A stretch of DNA of 63,017 nucleotides, filler included, from Octopus bimaculoides (taxonomy: Eukaryota), in assembly GCF_001194135.2 (NCBI RefSeq). It is 5 parts of 5 records of this genome, joined end to end, with 100 filler letters (N's around TTAATTAATTAA, not from the genome) between each part and the next. Parts side by side here need not be neighbours in the genome. Positions count along the whole stretch, not along the records: positions 1 to 10,703 come from NC_068986.1; positions 10,804 to 41,443 come from NC_069000.1; 3 more parts are not named here. One strand, written 5' to 3'. Within the stretch, counting starts at the first letter, position 1. The number at the start of each line of letters is the position of its first letter. Both the position numbers and the translations under genes were made by a program. Below the pieces are notes generated by a model. It had not been told where the DNA came from. It ran no database searches and saw only the letters and a list, made by a program, of their open reading frames with translations. Positions 10,231 to 22,125 of the stretch are shown piece by piece.

Positions 10231-10667
10231 CATTTTTTTGCAATTTGTTTCTTTTTTTTTTTTTCCTTTTTGTGGTTACGTCTCACTTATTTGTACAGTC
10301 ATCGATCCGTTTTTGACAGGTGATGCTGGATCAATTGGCGAGGTAACGCTGAAGTCACCGATGTAGTTTAGTGATTCTAAGGTGATGGGATCAAATTCTG
10401 TTGCAATAAGAATAAATGAAGTGTGAGCGGGGTGGGGGTGTAGCAATGAAGAGAAATAATAGATAAAAGTTACTAAAGAAGATTCTTGATTATCATCATG
10501 TTAATGCGCGCGTGCGCACGTGTGTGTGTATAATATTACTTGATTCTCTGCCTGAATTTCTAATAGCAGACATCTTACAAATTTTGAACATATGTGCAAA
10601 TTAGTAAATGAAACACGTGTAATGATGGATAAATAATGCCAAACAATTTCCCAATCTCTCGTTTTGA

Positions 10668-10698
<31 letters not shown>

Positions 10699-10803
10699 AT
10701 ATANNNNNNNNNNNNNNNNNNNNNNNNNNNNNNNNNNNNNNNNNNNNTTAATTAATTAANNNNNNNNNNNNNNNNNNNNNNNNNNNNNNNNNNNNNNNNN
10801 NNN

Positions 10804-10835
<32 letters not shown>

Positions 10836-11934
10836 TCTGTATCAATATATATATATGTGTGTGTATATGTATCTGTATCAATATATATATATACATATCA
10901 TTCCCCACCAACAGCCTATTTAATTAATATAGATGAGTAAGAAACACTTTGGAGAGAGATAAAGTCTGCATGGAGTAATGAAAGAATAATGAGTTATGGA
11001 AAAGATATGAAGGGGAAAATTAAAGAGAAGCAATTTAAAAATGTTAAGCAATGGACATAAAATTTCATATCACTGAATCAAGGAATGGGTATCCAGAAAT
11101 TATTATGAAATCACCAATTATTGCAGCATGCAGTGGCACCATTAAAAATGTAAAACTTCCATTTAATGATAATGTATGGATTCTATCAGAGAAACAGTAA
11201 TACTCATTGAATTTCAAACGAGATATTCCAAACATCGTTAGGGTTATGTATAGTAGAAGAATATGGTTTTCTGTCATGCCAGAATCTAAACTAAATATTA
11301 TTTTTTTTTTTTGTTTTGTTTTCTTTTGTTCCACCCAGTAAATAGGATACAGAGTAACACAAGTTGCTCCTGGAACAAGAATTAACAGACCAAATGCGAC
11401 TTGGTTTACTAACAACTGAACACTTGACGACACTAAGTAGATGAGTCTGTGGGGATTTATATAATTGGAATTATATCAAATAAATGAATTAGTTTAGCAC
11501 ACACACACATGCATGAACACACACTCTTTCTCCCTGTCTGTCTATGTCTCTTTACGTTTCACTCAATCCATCTGCTTCTCTATCTGTTTCTCACAAATAA
11601 ATAACATTATGACAATTATGTTCGTGCTAAGTTTTGCCAACAATTGAAGAAACTGTCTGGAATGAGATGATTCTAAAAGAAATATAATTACTAAAAGACA
11701 TACAATGAAATACACCATACTGTACTGATGTGTCACTATGCAGCATAGTATATTGGTGTATGCATCTACTACTGTATGGGAAAATATAGCACAGTCTATT
11801 GTTTTCCGTCAATGTAAAAATGAAACACACTAAATTATAGTGCATTTCACTACTGTACTCTGATGCCAACCCTTGCCTGTTTTCCAAGTAAGGGATACAT
11901 CATTCCACAGTGCTTTGTACACCCACCAGTGCTT

Positions 11935-12110
11935 GATAAGTGGTGTTGGTTTGTTTACATCTGTATGACTTAGTGGTTTGGCAAAGACCAATAGAATAAA
12001 TACTAGGCTTAAAAGAAATAACTATTGGAGCTGATTTGTTTGGAAGGCAAAATGCTTTGATGTGCCCCAGCAAGGCCACAGTCTAATGGCTGAACCAAGC
12101 AAAAGACAGA
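11935..12110 (+). mobile_element. SINE family A, 3' half (degenerate)
   Basis: gtttacatc...gaccaatagaataaatactaggctt...ggccacagtc...actgaa matches the 3' half of the family consensus. Confidence 0.7.
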
Positions 12111-12699
12111 AGCCATTGCAACTATCAAACAAGCAACTTCAGACATCAACACACATGTGAACACATGCAGATATGATGGTCTTCTTTCAATTTTTGCCTA
12201 TCAAACCCACTCAAAAGGCTTCGGTTGATCTGGAGATATAGCAGAAAGACACCTGCACAGAGTGCTGTACAGTGAGACAGAGAGTTTATTGAAGTCAATT
12301 TCCTACAGCCAGATGCCCTTCGTGTTACCAAGCCATAACTGTTTCCCCAGGATACTGCAAATGAATGACATTCATTTACAACAATCAAAAGACGTCAAAA
12401 CAAGGAGACACAAGTACATACAAACATTATGTATATATATGAGTGTGTGTGTGTGAATATGTGTACACACACACACACACACACACAATACGCACATATA
12501 TCTACATACATATACACATACATATGCAGCAGAAACACATATCAAGACTAAAATCTGATGTGAATGTTAAGTGAAGAATACTGTAAAAAAACCAATTTCG
12601 AACATGCATAATTCTCAATTCTTTTTTATGATGTCAAGCGAGCACGCGTGTGTGTGTGTTTTCACATGCAAATGTATGAATGGATCGATGGATGGATGG

Positions 12700-12850
12700 C
12701 CTTCTTTCAATTTCCATTCAACCAAATCTGTTTCTAAAGCTTTGGTCAGCCAGTGGTTATAGTAGAAGGCCCTCGCTCAAGGTGCCACTCAACAGAACTG
12801 AACCTTAAACCATGTGATTGGGAAGAGAGCTTCTTCACCATTCTTCATTC
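12700..12850 (-). mobile_element. SINE family A, 5' half (CpG-decayed)
   Basis: Homologous to 45205-45349. Confidence 0.7.
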
Positions 12851-12904
12851 TTCACCACATGGCCATAGCCAGGAACACCGTGGGAGCATGATGACAGGTG
12901 GCCT

Positions 12905-13020
12905 GTAACATTTTGATTCCAAAAGACCAGCTTTGTTATACATTGCCATCATAATGTGTCTGCTCTCAGAATTACATTACTGGTACAAATGTCAATGGAA
13001 TCCTCAGCTACTTACGTTAT
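12905..13020 (+). mobile_element. SINE family F fragment
   Basis: Homologous to 43160-43260 of the full copy. Confidence 0.5.
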
Positions 13021-13138
13021 AGAACAGAATAAGAAGGTACTTCATTCATACAACTGAAATATATATATATATAACTGAAATTACTATTTTAAATAACCAT
13101 ACATATAGCATACATATGTTTCTGTGTGTGCACAAGCT

Positions 13139-13171
<33 letters not shown>

Positions 13172-13978
13172 CCACATCTTATTTTCTTTTTGATTCAATA
13201 TTTTGCGTAGACGTATTCATATATGGATGTCTTAACTTAGTGCTAGCTCTAAATTCCACAGACAATCCATAATTTATCACTTAAACACACACACAAACAC
13301 ACACACACACATTTGCATTAATATTTAGCAGAAGCAACACAGTGATTCAAGGGCCAAGAATATCAAGTGTTAGTACTTATCAAGGTGGTAAGTGCAAATG
13401 TACGAAACTCACGGCCCTTGAGTCACTCTGTTGGTTCTACGAAATATTAATAATAAAAATAAAATATGTATATTAATGTTTCGAGTTCTATTTCTCTTGT
13501 TTGCATCGCCAAACCAATATATATATATATCCACACACATACTCACAAATTACATATGTATACATTTATATGTATACTCATAAATGTACAATAAAATGCA
13601 ATTTTATTTACAGCATATGTCTCTATAGAGTAAATATATAAATTACACACACACACACACATACACACACAAGTCCTCCTCATCATATGGCAAGTAGCTT
13701 TGGAAGTATACTTTTGTTCACCATGGGTAATATTGGTGAAAAGTGGCTTATACATAATAATTACTATTTAACTTTTATTAAATTTTTTGATACTTATATA
13801 CAAAATGATGAAATGAATATCATTTTTCAAATGAAGCAAATTTATTACCCTAAAATAAAATTGAATAAAATAAATTTCTCATTTGTATATTTGTAATAAA
13901 TATGTTATTATTTTTCAACATTATATCAACAGAATCACAATCTACTCAGTAAAATTTTATTAAAAGTATATTTTTAGG

Positions 13979-14160
13979 AGCCCCAGGAAGACATGGGATG
14001 AGGTTGTGAAGCATGACCTTTGAATGTTGGGCCTCACAGAGGCAATGACAAAAGACCGTGACCTCTGGAGGTATGCTGTGACTGAGAAGACCCGGCAAAT
14101 AAAGTGAGTCCACAGCTGTAATCTACACCAGTGTTGCATAACCAGCCCACTCAAAAGTAC
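13979..14160 (+). mobile_element. RTE-clade LINE 3' end remnant
   Basis: Translates to PRKTWDEVVKHDL*MLGLTEAMTKDRDLWRYAV, the typical RTE C-terminal (GR)PRKTW...D...DR..WR pattern. Confidence 0.85.
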
Positions 14161-14379
14161 CTTTGTTTATGTTATTCCATGTTCTTTCATTCCAATTCCT
14201 TGGAAAATTTTGAAGGCTTTCTGTATCTGTATATAAAATAAACTAAAGAACATTTCCTTCATTTTTTTTTTGTTTTTTTTTTTTTGTTTCTAACCTTATA
14301 GTACTAATATACAATTAACAAAGTAGCTAATTAGAAAATCTCAGTAAGAGTTGAATGTAGTAACTATACTGAGAAGTTA

Positions 14380-14730
14380 TGTTTGTCACCACTTTTACAT
14401 GGCTGTTCCATAGGAGCTAACGTTACTACCACTGATGCAATCTGCACCCAATATATATTGCAAGCAAGGGAGCAAACTCCTACCATCTTCTAGCAACTTG
14501 ATAGTGTCCACCACTGAGGATGGGCAAAAATAGCCTGAAACCAGCCTGTCTGGTGGTCCTGTCAAGTCACTAGAAGATAGTAAAGGCTTGCTCCCCCTGC
14601 TTGCAATATATATCAGGTGTAGATTGCATCAATATTCAGCTAGAAGAGGTACCCTCTTGGGGTTGAAAATGGTAGCAATGGCAGTTTGTATGGAACAGTC
14701 ATGTTGAAGCGGCAACAAATATTACTTTGC
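14380..14730. mobile_element. Hammerhead-bearing inverted-repeat element, probable Penelope-like terminal structure
   Basis: 14434-14493 pairs with 14570-14630 and 14382-14431 with 14670-14727; hammerhead in the loop; homolog at 60587-60800. Confidence 0.75.
14508..14556 (+). ncRNA. Type I hammerhead ribozyme motif
   Basis: CCACCA-CTGAGGA-T-GGGC-aaaaata-GCCT-GAAA-C-cagcct-GTC-TGGTGG: perfect 6-bp stem I, intact CUGANGA and GAAA, GUC triplet (cut after 14550), G-U in place of G10.1-C11.1. Confidence 0.75.
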
Positions 14731-14828
14731 AATATACAATTCCTTACACTCCAAAATATACACACGTACACAAAAAACATCAAAACTAATATGCAAATTG
14801 ACAACTCATTTCGAAATACACAGGTGCT

Positions 14829-14829
<1 letters not shown>

Positions 14830-14891
<62 letters not shown>

Positions 14892-14905
14892 GATGATGAT
14901 GATGA
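14830..14905. repeat. (GT)n-(AAT)n-(GAT)n compound microsatellite
   Basis: Direct inspection. Confidence 0.95.
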
Positions 14906-15416
14906 TTCTAGGATGGAATTTCTAAACATTTAATGCATCGCTATGTGCATTTCCACAAATCACATGACTTTAACAACAGAGTCCATATCCTTGGGATGAG
15001 TACAGTATAGCTATTGTTATTATTATTATTATATTTATCCTACCTTACATTGGTACAACCATGATGCAACCCCATAAAACTGACTCACTAGTCAGTATCA
15101 TCAGACAACAGCCGACATAATGACATAGGGGCTTTATTTGCAAACTCTTAACGTTTCCATAAACGAATTAAAAAGATATATATATATGCATGTACATGAG
15201 CACTCAGGTTGGGCAAATATTAATAATCTTTTGGATATTTCCCTGAGATAAAAATATAACTAACTCCCCGCCGTCTCTATTTCTCTCCTTCCCTCCATTT
15301 CTGTCATGCCCACACTTTGCATGCATCCAGTTAAAGTGTAATCGAGTAGCAACACTTAGAATGTGAACTGTGAGAGTTCAAGCAGGAAGGAAAGACAGTA
15401 ACTGGCAAGTCATTAA

Positions 15417-15625
15417 CCCTTCAGCATTTAGATTTACTCTGTCAAATGTAATGCTTGTTTATTCACATTGTTTTGAATTAATCAGGCATCATCTCGCAGC
15501 TTTGATATTTTGATGATGTGACTGTTCATTTCTAGAATGATGCTGTAAAGGTGGTATGAGAAGCCAGAGCTGGTCAGTGTTAACATAAAACAGGTAAAAA
15601 CATTTCAGCTTGGTATGGTTGGTTG
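15417..15625 (+). mobile_element. piggyBac-like MITE, right end truncated
   Basis: Starts TTAA/CCCTTCAGCATT; a second CCCCTTTAAGCATT start follows near 15628. Confidence 0.5.
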
Positions 15626-15674
15626 ACCCCTTTAAGCATTTCAAATCAACCCTATCAGTTGTAATGCTTATATA

Positions 15675-15929
15675 CTCTTTACTCTTTTATTTGTTTCAGT
15701 CATTTGACTGCGGCCATGCTGGAGCACTGCTTTTAACCAAACAAATTGACCCCAGGACTTATTCTTTGTAAGTCTAGTACTTATTCTATCGGTCTCTTTT
15801 GCCAAACCGCTAAGTTACGGGGACGTAAACACACCAGCATCGGTTGTCAAGCGATGTTGGGGGGGGGGGACAAACACAGGCACACACATACATATACATA
15901 TATATGACAGGCTTCTTTCAGTTTCCGTG
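15675..15929 (-). mobile_element. SINE family A, 3' half
   Basis: Near-identical to 44929-45225, including the ctcttttact tail repeat. Confidence 0.92.
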
Positions 15930-16916
15930 AACCCGGAATAGCAGTTGATTCCACATAATTGCATAACCCAGTTGTTACTTGCATAAATTTTCAAAAACAC
16001 TGAACATATACGCATATACATACAAGCACACACACACACACACACACACATGCAGCAGATATTTTGCAAAATGTACAAAAGTCAACAGTAAGGTTTACAA
16101 CAAAAGAGCAAGAAGAAGAAGAAAAAGAAGAAGAAAAGAAACAGTTACACAAAAGAACCAATGCATTCACACACACACAGACACATTCACGCCATCTTAA
16201 CCCTTTGCCTGCAAAGTACTGGATTACCAGCTCTTACACAGATCTATTGTGCACTATTTATTTTATCCCCAAAATTTCAGATGGTTTCAAATAGAAAACA
16301 AAAAAAAAACAACTTATTTTCACACATATTTTTTAGATGTGCGATTATATTTTTCCCCCATCTCATCCGCCATTCGATTTTATCTATAATTTCCTGCAAT
16401 TCTGATCAATATCAAGATCAAAATATGTTTAAATTTATAAAATATGTTTACATTTATCGAACTTATCAATATTGTCTGGTTTCAAGTGTGTTACTTCAAT
16501 ATCCAGTAAAATTTTGTATAAATTGCAAGTGCTAAATATTTCTCAGTTTCGTTTATCAGATATCATTTAAAAACAAAACAAAAAAAAAAAACAACCTTTG
16601 AAGCGTTTTTCCTTTTAAAAAAGCTGGGATAAAAAATTTTGCTCAAAATATGAATCATTTCAGCTTGGACTTGACTTTTTCATGTGTACATAGTAATTTG
16701 TTATAACAAATGTTAAGTACACAGAAGTCTATGGAGTAAATTGGAGTAAATTGCCCAGCAAGTGAAAGACATGTGGATCAACTCCCATGATAGGATCTGT
16801 TTCATTTTTCTCATCTTAGACTTATAAATGTATTTATATATAATTTATTTATAAAATCTTAAAACCATTTACAATGTAGTTTTTACATACACACACACAC
16901 ACAAATAAATAAATAA

Positions 16917-16962
<46 letters not shown>

Positions 16963-17188
16963 TAATTATGATGTAATTATTGATAATCAGTTCAGGGGAA
17001 TAAAACATGGTTCTGCAAATTTTACTATAACAAACAGACATAGGTCACTAGACAAGCAGAAATATCTCACAAGCTAGCAGCTAGTAATGGCAGCAGATGG
17101 AAATACTAACTACTCTGGCAGGACTTTCCCACATTGCTGCTACTGCTGCTGCTGCTGACAGCAGGCTAAGAGATACAAAGAAAAGTTA

Positions 17189-17189
<1 letters not shown>

Positions 17190-17241
<52 letters not shown>

Positions 17242-17250
17242 TAATAATAA
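17190..17250. repeat. (AAT)n microsatellite
   Basis: Direct inspection. Confidence 0.95.
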
Positions 17251-17436
17251 AACAAATCAACAGCAACAACCGAAAAAAAAAAAGAAGTCAAATAAGGACA
17301 AGACATGGATCAGAACTAAAGGTTTTACCTGTGTTGTTTATCAGTATCTTTTAATTACTGACTCCACTCTATCACTATGTTTGTTGTTTGCTGCTCTGAA
17401 AGAGAAAACAAGTAGGGATGCTGGCACAGGCTGAGC

Positions 17437-17475
<39 letters not shown>

Positions 17476-17902
17476 GATGTAGTGTGGTGAGGTGTGGCGT
17501 GTGGGTCAGATTCAATAGAAGTAAAAAAAAAAAAAAAATTACAAACAGACAATGAATGAACAAATCGATGAGTTGTTGTCACAACTAAGAAAAGTAGGGA
17601 AGAAGAATGTAGAAAGAAATAACAAAACAAACAAACAAACAAACAAACACAAAGGTAAAGGAAAAAGGACAGAGTATGTTCGTTATGTGAACCAACTAAT
17701 TATGTTTGATATCATGGTTGTATGTACCTTTATGAATTAACTGCTAAAGATTTTTAAAAAAATGTCAATGATGTTAGAGACATTATAAGTACCAATTAAA
17801 GACAGGGAGAAAATAACAAGAGGCTCTCCAAAAATTGAAACTGGCAGACCCCTTCACTAACAGAAATTGAACCCCCATATCTATCATTTACTAGGTGAAT
17901 AT

Positions 17903-18229
17903 TACCTGCTAACTTAAGCCCTTGGCTCTGAATGGAGCATAGGTCATTGATCACTCTTCTCCACTGTTCTCTACTTTGGGTTGTACTTTCTGCTCTTTTC
18001 CCGGGTCTTGTTTGGTTTGCATCATCATCAGTGTTTCTGTAATTTTGCTATTTGCTAAGTAGAGATGTTGGTCCTATGCAAACTGATTTTCCCCTCGGCG
18101 AAGAAGTGGTCCATATAAGTCTGGCCTCTATCCTTTGACCTATCCATTATAAGAATCCTTGCCAAGTGCTTATACTCCACAGGCATAGCTTTGGGAGTCA
18201 CTGGAGCACACAAACCATCACACTGGAGC
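17903..18229 (-). mobile_element. Internally deleted (bipartite) RTE derivative with TSD
   Basis: Minus strand shows an RTE/BovB-like 5' UTR (gtgctccagtgactcccaaagctatgcc...gataggtcaaagg...ccagac) joined to the RTE C-terminus (TQSREQWRRVINDLCSIQSQGL); 10-bp direct repeat AGGTGAATAT at 17893-17902 and 18230-18239. Confidence 0.7.
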
Positions 18230-19869
18230 AGGTGAATATGGAATAAGTTAAAACGGTTGAAAAAATTTAGAGTCTTTGATATGAGGCAGAGAATTATCAG
18301 ATTCAATTGAGTTGCGATTGAATCATGAGAACTTCAAAGAATTTGTTCTGATTCTATGTCCTTTTGAGAGTCAGCTTCACTTTTCATCCTTAGGGGTTGA
18401 TAAAAAGAAAATACCCAACAAAGACAGTGGATTGGCAGGAATTCAAGAACATTGGATCAGATACATTATAGTATTACTTTTGGTTCTCTGCATTCCGAGT
18501 TCAAATTCCACTTTGGTACAGTAACAGTAGCTTCACCAACCCACAGACTTAGTGAGGTGAGTAAAGCAAACACTTGAATTAAAAATCCAGCACTAAACAT
18601 ATGGTGCTGGACAGAGTCTCAAGAGAGGAGTTCCTACAAATGGAAGAGACATCTGCCCTGGTGAATGAACGAGTAGGAAGGAGATGAAAAGACAGGTGCT
18701 CAGCAGCATAAATCAGCAACATGGTCATCTGGCAGACAACACAGATGTAGTACAAGTTATGTGAGTAGATTTGTTCAGCTTTTCTAACATGCTAATATCA
18801 TGCCAAACCTTGTTTTACATTTGACTCCTAAACATTAATTTTAACTATCAATAATAAACTCTTCTCTCTGTGCTAAAACCAGTAAACAAATCTCTGAAAC
18901 TACATTCTCCTAGCTCTAAAAAAATAAGCACATAATGGATACAATGTAATCTTAGAATTAGTGATGGCTGAAAAGCTTCTGGAGTTAAGTTCGACAACGA
19001 CGACGACAACACCAACATCAACGACTGATATGGAGATATCGTTTTCAGAATCATTATCAATCTTTAATTACCATGTTATTGACTTGAAAGGAATTTTTCT
19101 TTAGATTTGAATCATAAGCCTGTATGTTTATTTTCCACAGCACAAGAGAAAATGGTGGGGTACAGGTAAATCTTCAGTTAAATCCAGCTCAGTGGGGTCT
19201 GATTCGCAGAACTGTGTGTGTTTATCATATCAGCGATGGAGAGAAGGATGGTTAGACCAGAACATCTAAAGAATTTGGAGGAAGTAAAGTTTTTGGTAGT
19301 TTAAAGTTGTTGGATTGATGTTCTGTCACCAAATTGATTCAAGCAATTATGGTGATACTAATTCCTACAGCAGCTAATCACGATGATAAAACAGCAATAG
19401 AACCAGTTAAATCTGGTTTAACATCTAACCAGATTTGAAGCTGGAAGATCAGTGTTGCTTTGAGCTTTCTTTGGATTCTATAGACTATCTGATTTAGTAA
19501 TCTAACCAATGTAATGTCAACTGCAGCAAGGGAAACGATTGAAAATGGAGAGGGATTTGTAACAGCTGAAACTACATTAGTGGCAGTTCAAAATATTTAG
19601 TAATGACCATTAAGCTCTGAGTCCAAATTTCCTCACCAGGGACAATTTTGCTTTTCACTCTTCTGAGGATCAATAAAATTAGAACCTGTTAAATGCTAGA
19701 GTTTCATCATTGGATAACAACCACAACTTAGAGATAAGGAATGAGATATATGGTGCATTGCTGTACTCAAGAAAACCCACCCACCCNNNNNNNNNNNNNN
19801 NNNNNNNNNNNNNNNNNNNNNNNNNNNNNNNNNNNNNNNNNNNNNNNNNNNNNNNNNNNNNNNNNNNTA

Positions 19870-20112
19870 AAAAGCACTGGTGAATGTGTCATGCAGGGCC
19901 ACATGAAAAGTACTGTGCTGGTGCCACATAAAAAGCACCAGAGTTGGTTCCACGTAAAAAGTACTCAGTACTCTCTGTAAAGTGGTTGGCATTAGGAAAG
20001 GCATACTAAGCCAAAACGGACTATGGAACCTGATGCAGATCTTGGCCTTGCCAGCTCCTGTCAAACTGTCCAACCCATACCAGCAAGGAAAAACAGATGT
20101 AAATTGAAGATG
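19870..20112 (+). mobile_element. SINE-like family D (minisatellite head, GATGAT tail)
   Basis: ggtgccacrtaaaaagcac repeats, aaagtggttggcattaggaa core, gtccaacccatrccagca tail; homologs at 32055, 47215 and 52085. Confidence 0.8.
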
Positions 20113-20529
20113 ATTTAATCAACTGTGCTCCCTGTAGGAAATGTGTGGCCTTGTGTCGAAATTAGATATGAATAATTATTGATGGATTGACAAGATTATT
20201 AAAGCAATGGAAAAGATGTTATGGCTCTGAACATTACGAGTTCAAATCTTGCTAGAATAGACTTAAGCCTCTCATTCTTTAATGATGGTTGATAAAACAA
20301 GTACAGAGAGGAGGAGAGATACTGGCAACAACAAAGAACGACAACAGCTGGCCAGACTGCAGCAACCACAACCGACTCTGATATTCACATGTGGCTGATA
20401 TTTGCCCCAGCAAGAGAAATCAATCCTTGGATTTAAGGGACAAGCCAACGATGACGACAACAGCTCTGTAATTTAAGAGATGGTTAAGTCCAACTGTGTG
20501 CGTGCGTGGAGAGATGGGAAAGATTTGTC

Positions 20530-20695
20530 AATTCAAATCAACCTCAATGTTTGACTGGCACTTGTACATCAAGCACATGTGGATTGGATGAAAAGTAAAG
20601 CCGACATCAGCAGGATTTGAACTCAGAAACAGCTGTAAATGTATCTTGCAAGGTAATTCTTGTCCAACATTCTAATAATTCTGCCAACCCATTGC
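20530..20695 (-). mobile_element. SINE family B (degenerate)
   Basis: ggatttgaactcagaa and aattctgccaac match the rc of the family B head. Confidence 0.55.
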
Positions 20696-21504
20696 CAAAC
20701 TACAAAATCAGATTATGAACATATATACATACACAAAAACACACTTATTTGCCCATTTTACCTCTCGTTTTTTTTTCTTTTTTGCTTTCATCTTTCTTTA
20801 AATATGATTTTAAACTTTACGGTCTTTCAGTGAAAAAAAGTAACAAGTTTTAATAACTTTTCAGCTTCAAAGTAACTTTTATTCATCTCGAGACATTATT
20901 ACTGAGCAACAAAAGAAATAACATAAGTAGAATATACTAGCATCAGCTATTTGCTTGTCGAAAGAGAGAGAGAATTCTGGTATATGTAGAGAGTGGGATG
21001 AAAACAGATGAAACTGCCAAAAACGAGAGAGAGAGAGAGAGAAAGAGGGAGAAAGAAGAGATTTGCAAGAAAAGAGAAGAAAAAAGGAAAAAAGACAAGT
21101 ATTTAAAAGCAAACCGACAGAAGAAATTAGCAAGGACAGAGGCAGCTGGAGAGAAATAATACTTCCAAACCAATGCATGTTATGAGACTTGTGGTGGTGT
21201 GAGGGGAAATGAATTTGGATATATGCGGACATGGGTGGAAAAGATGTTTAGAAGATATACTTTGTAGAAAACAGAAAATTCTGGAAACAACTACAGTGTG
21301 GATATATGCAAGCTACACCCACACAAACGCACACTTTGTATTAAAAAAACTGCACCTAGACAAACAGAAGTCATCATGAATGAAGTGCTTCTGCATGAAA
21401 CATGTACTGAAGGAGCAGCAGACAACGAAACAACAATGACTTTGAACATCGACACAAAGCCACACATTTGAATGTTTGGAGAGAGAGAGAGAGCATGGTT
21501 GTGT

Positions 21505-21850
21505 TTTATCTTTAATTTTGTATCAGTCATTAGACTGCGGTGGCCACAATGGAGAACCACCTTGAGGAATTTTTAGTCAAATGGATTAACACTCAGTACT
21601 TCGTATTTTTTTTTTTTATAAATAAAACTAGTACTTATTCTGTTGGTCTCTTTTGGAATAAATGCACCAACACTGTCTGTCAAGCAGTGGTGGGGGACAA
21701 ATACTAAAAGACACACACACATATATGTATGTATAACAACAGGCTTCTTTCAGTTTCTATCGGCCAAATCGACTCACAAGGCTTTGGTGATTCTGAAGCT
21801 ATAGTAGAAGACATTTGCCCAAGGTGCCATGCAGTGGGATTGAACCCACA
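21505..21850 (-). mobile_element. SINE family A, near full length
   Basis: Collinear with 44929-45349. Confidence 0.85.
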
Positions 21851-21873
21851 AAGGTATGTCTTCACCTTACAGA

Positions 21874-21931
<58 letters not shown>

Positions 21932-21967
21932 TTTATTTATATATATATACATATATATATATATATA

Positions 21968-22125
21968 CTCTTTTACTTGTTTCAGTCATTTGACTGCGGC
22001 CATGCTGGAGCACCGCCTTTTAGTAGAGGAAATTGACTCCAGGACTTATTCTTTGTAAGCCTGGTACTTATTCTATCGGTCTCTTTTGCTGAACTGCTAT
22101 GTTACGGGGACATAAACACACCACT
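21968..22125 (-). mobile_element. SINE family A, 3' half
   Basis: Collinear with 44929-45090; separated from the previous copy by a long (AT)n. Confidence 0.9.

Noticed and set aside
10704-10803. TTAATTAATTAA palindrome inside N runs (10748, 41488, 54608, 59574)
   Set aside because: Identical 44N-12nt-44N layout each time: an artificial 100-bp gap spacer with stops in all frames, not biology.
11065-11433. 122-aa minus-strand ORF and nearby splice-like signals
   Set aside because: Crosses a poly-A/T tract, has no recognisable domain, and gives conflicting readings on both strands.
13478-13500. GAG...CTC-GAAACAT on the minus strand
   Set aside because: Too degenerate to call; core absent.
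17330-17396. Minus-strand 67-nt segment with strong acceptor and donor
   Set aside because: Stops in all three frames; could be a non-coding exon but is unsupported.
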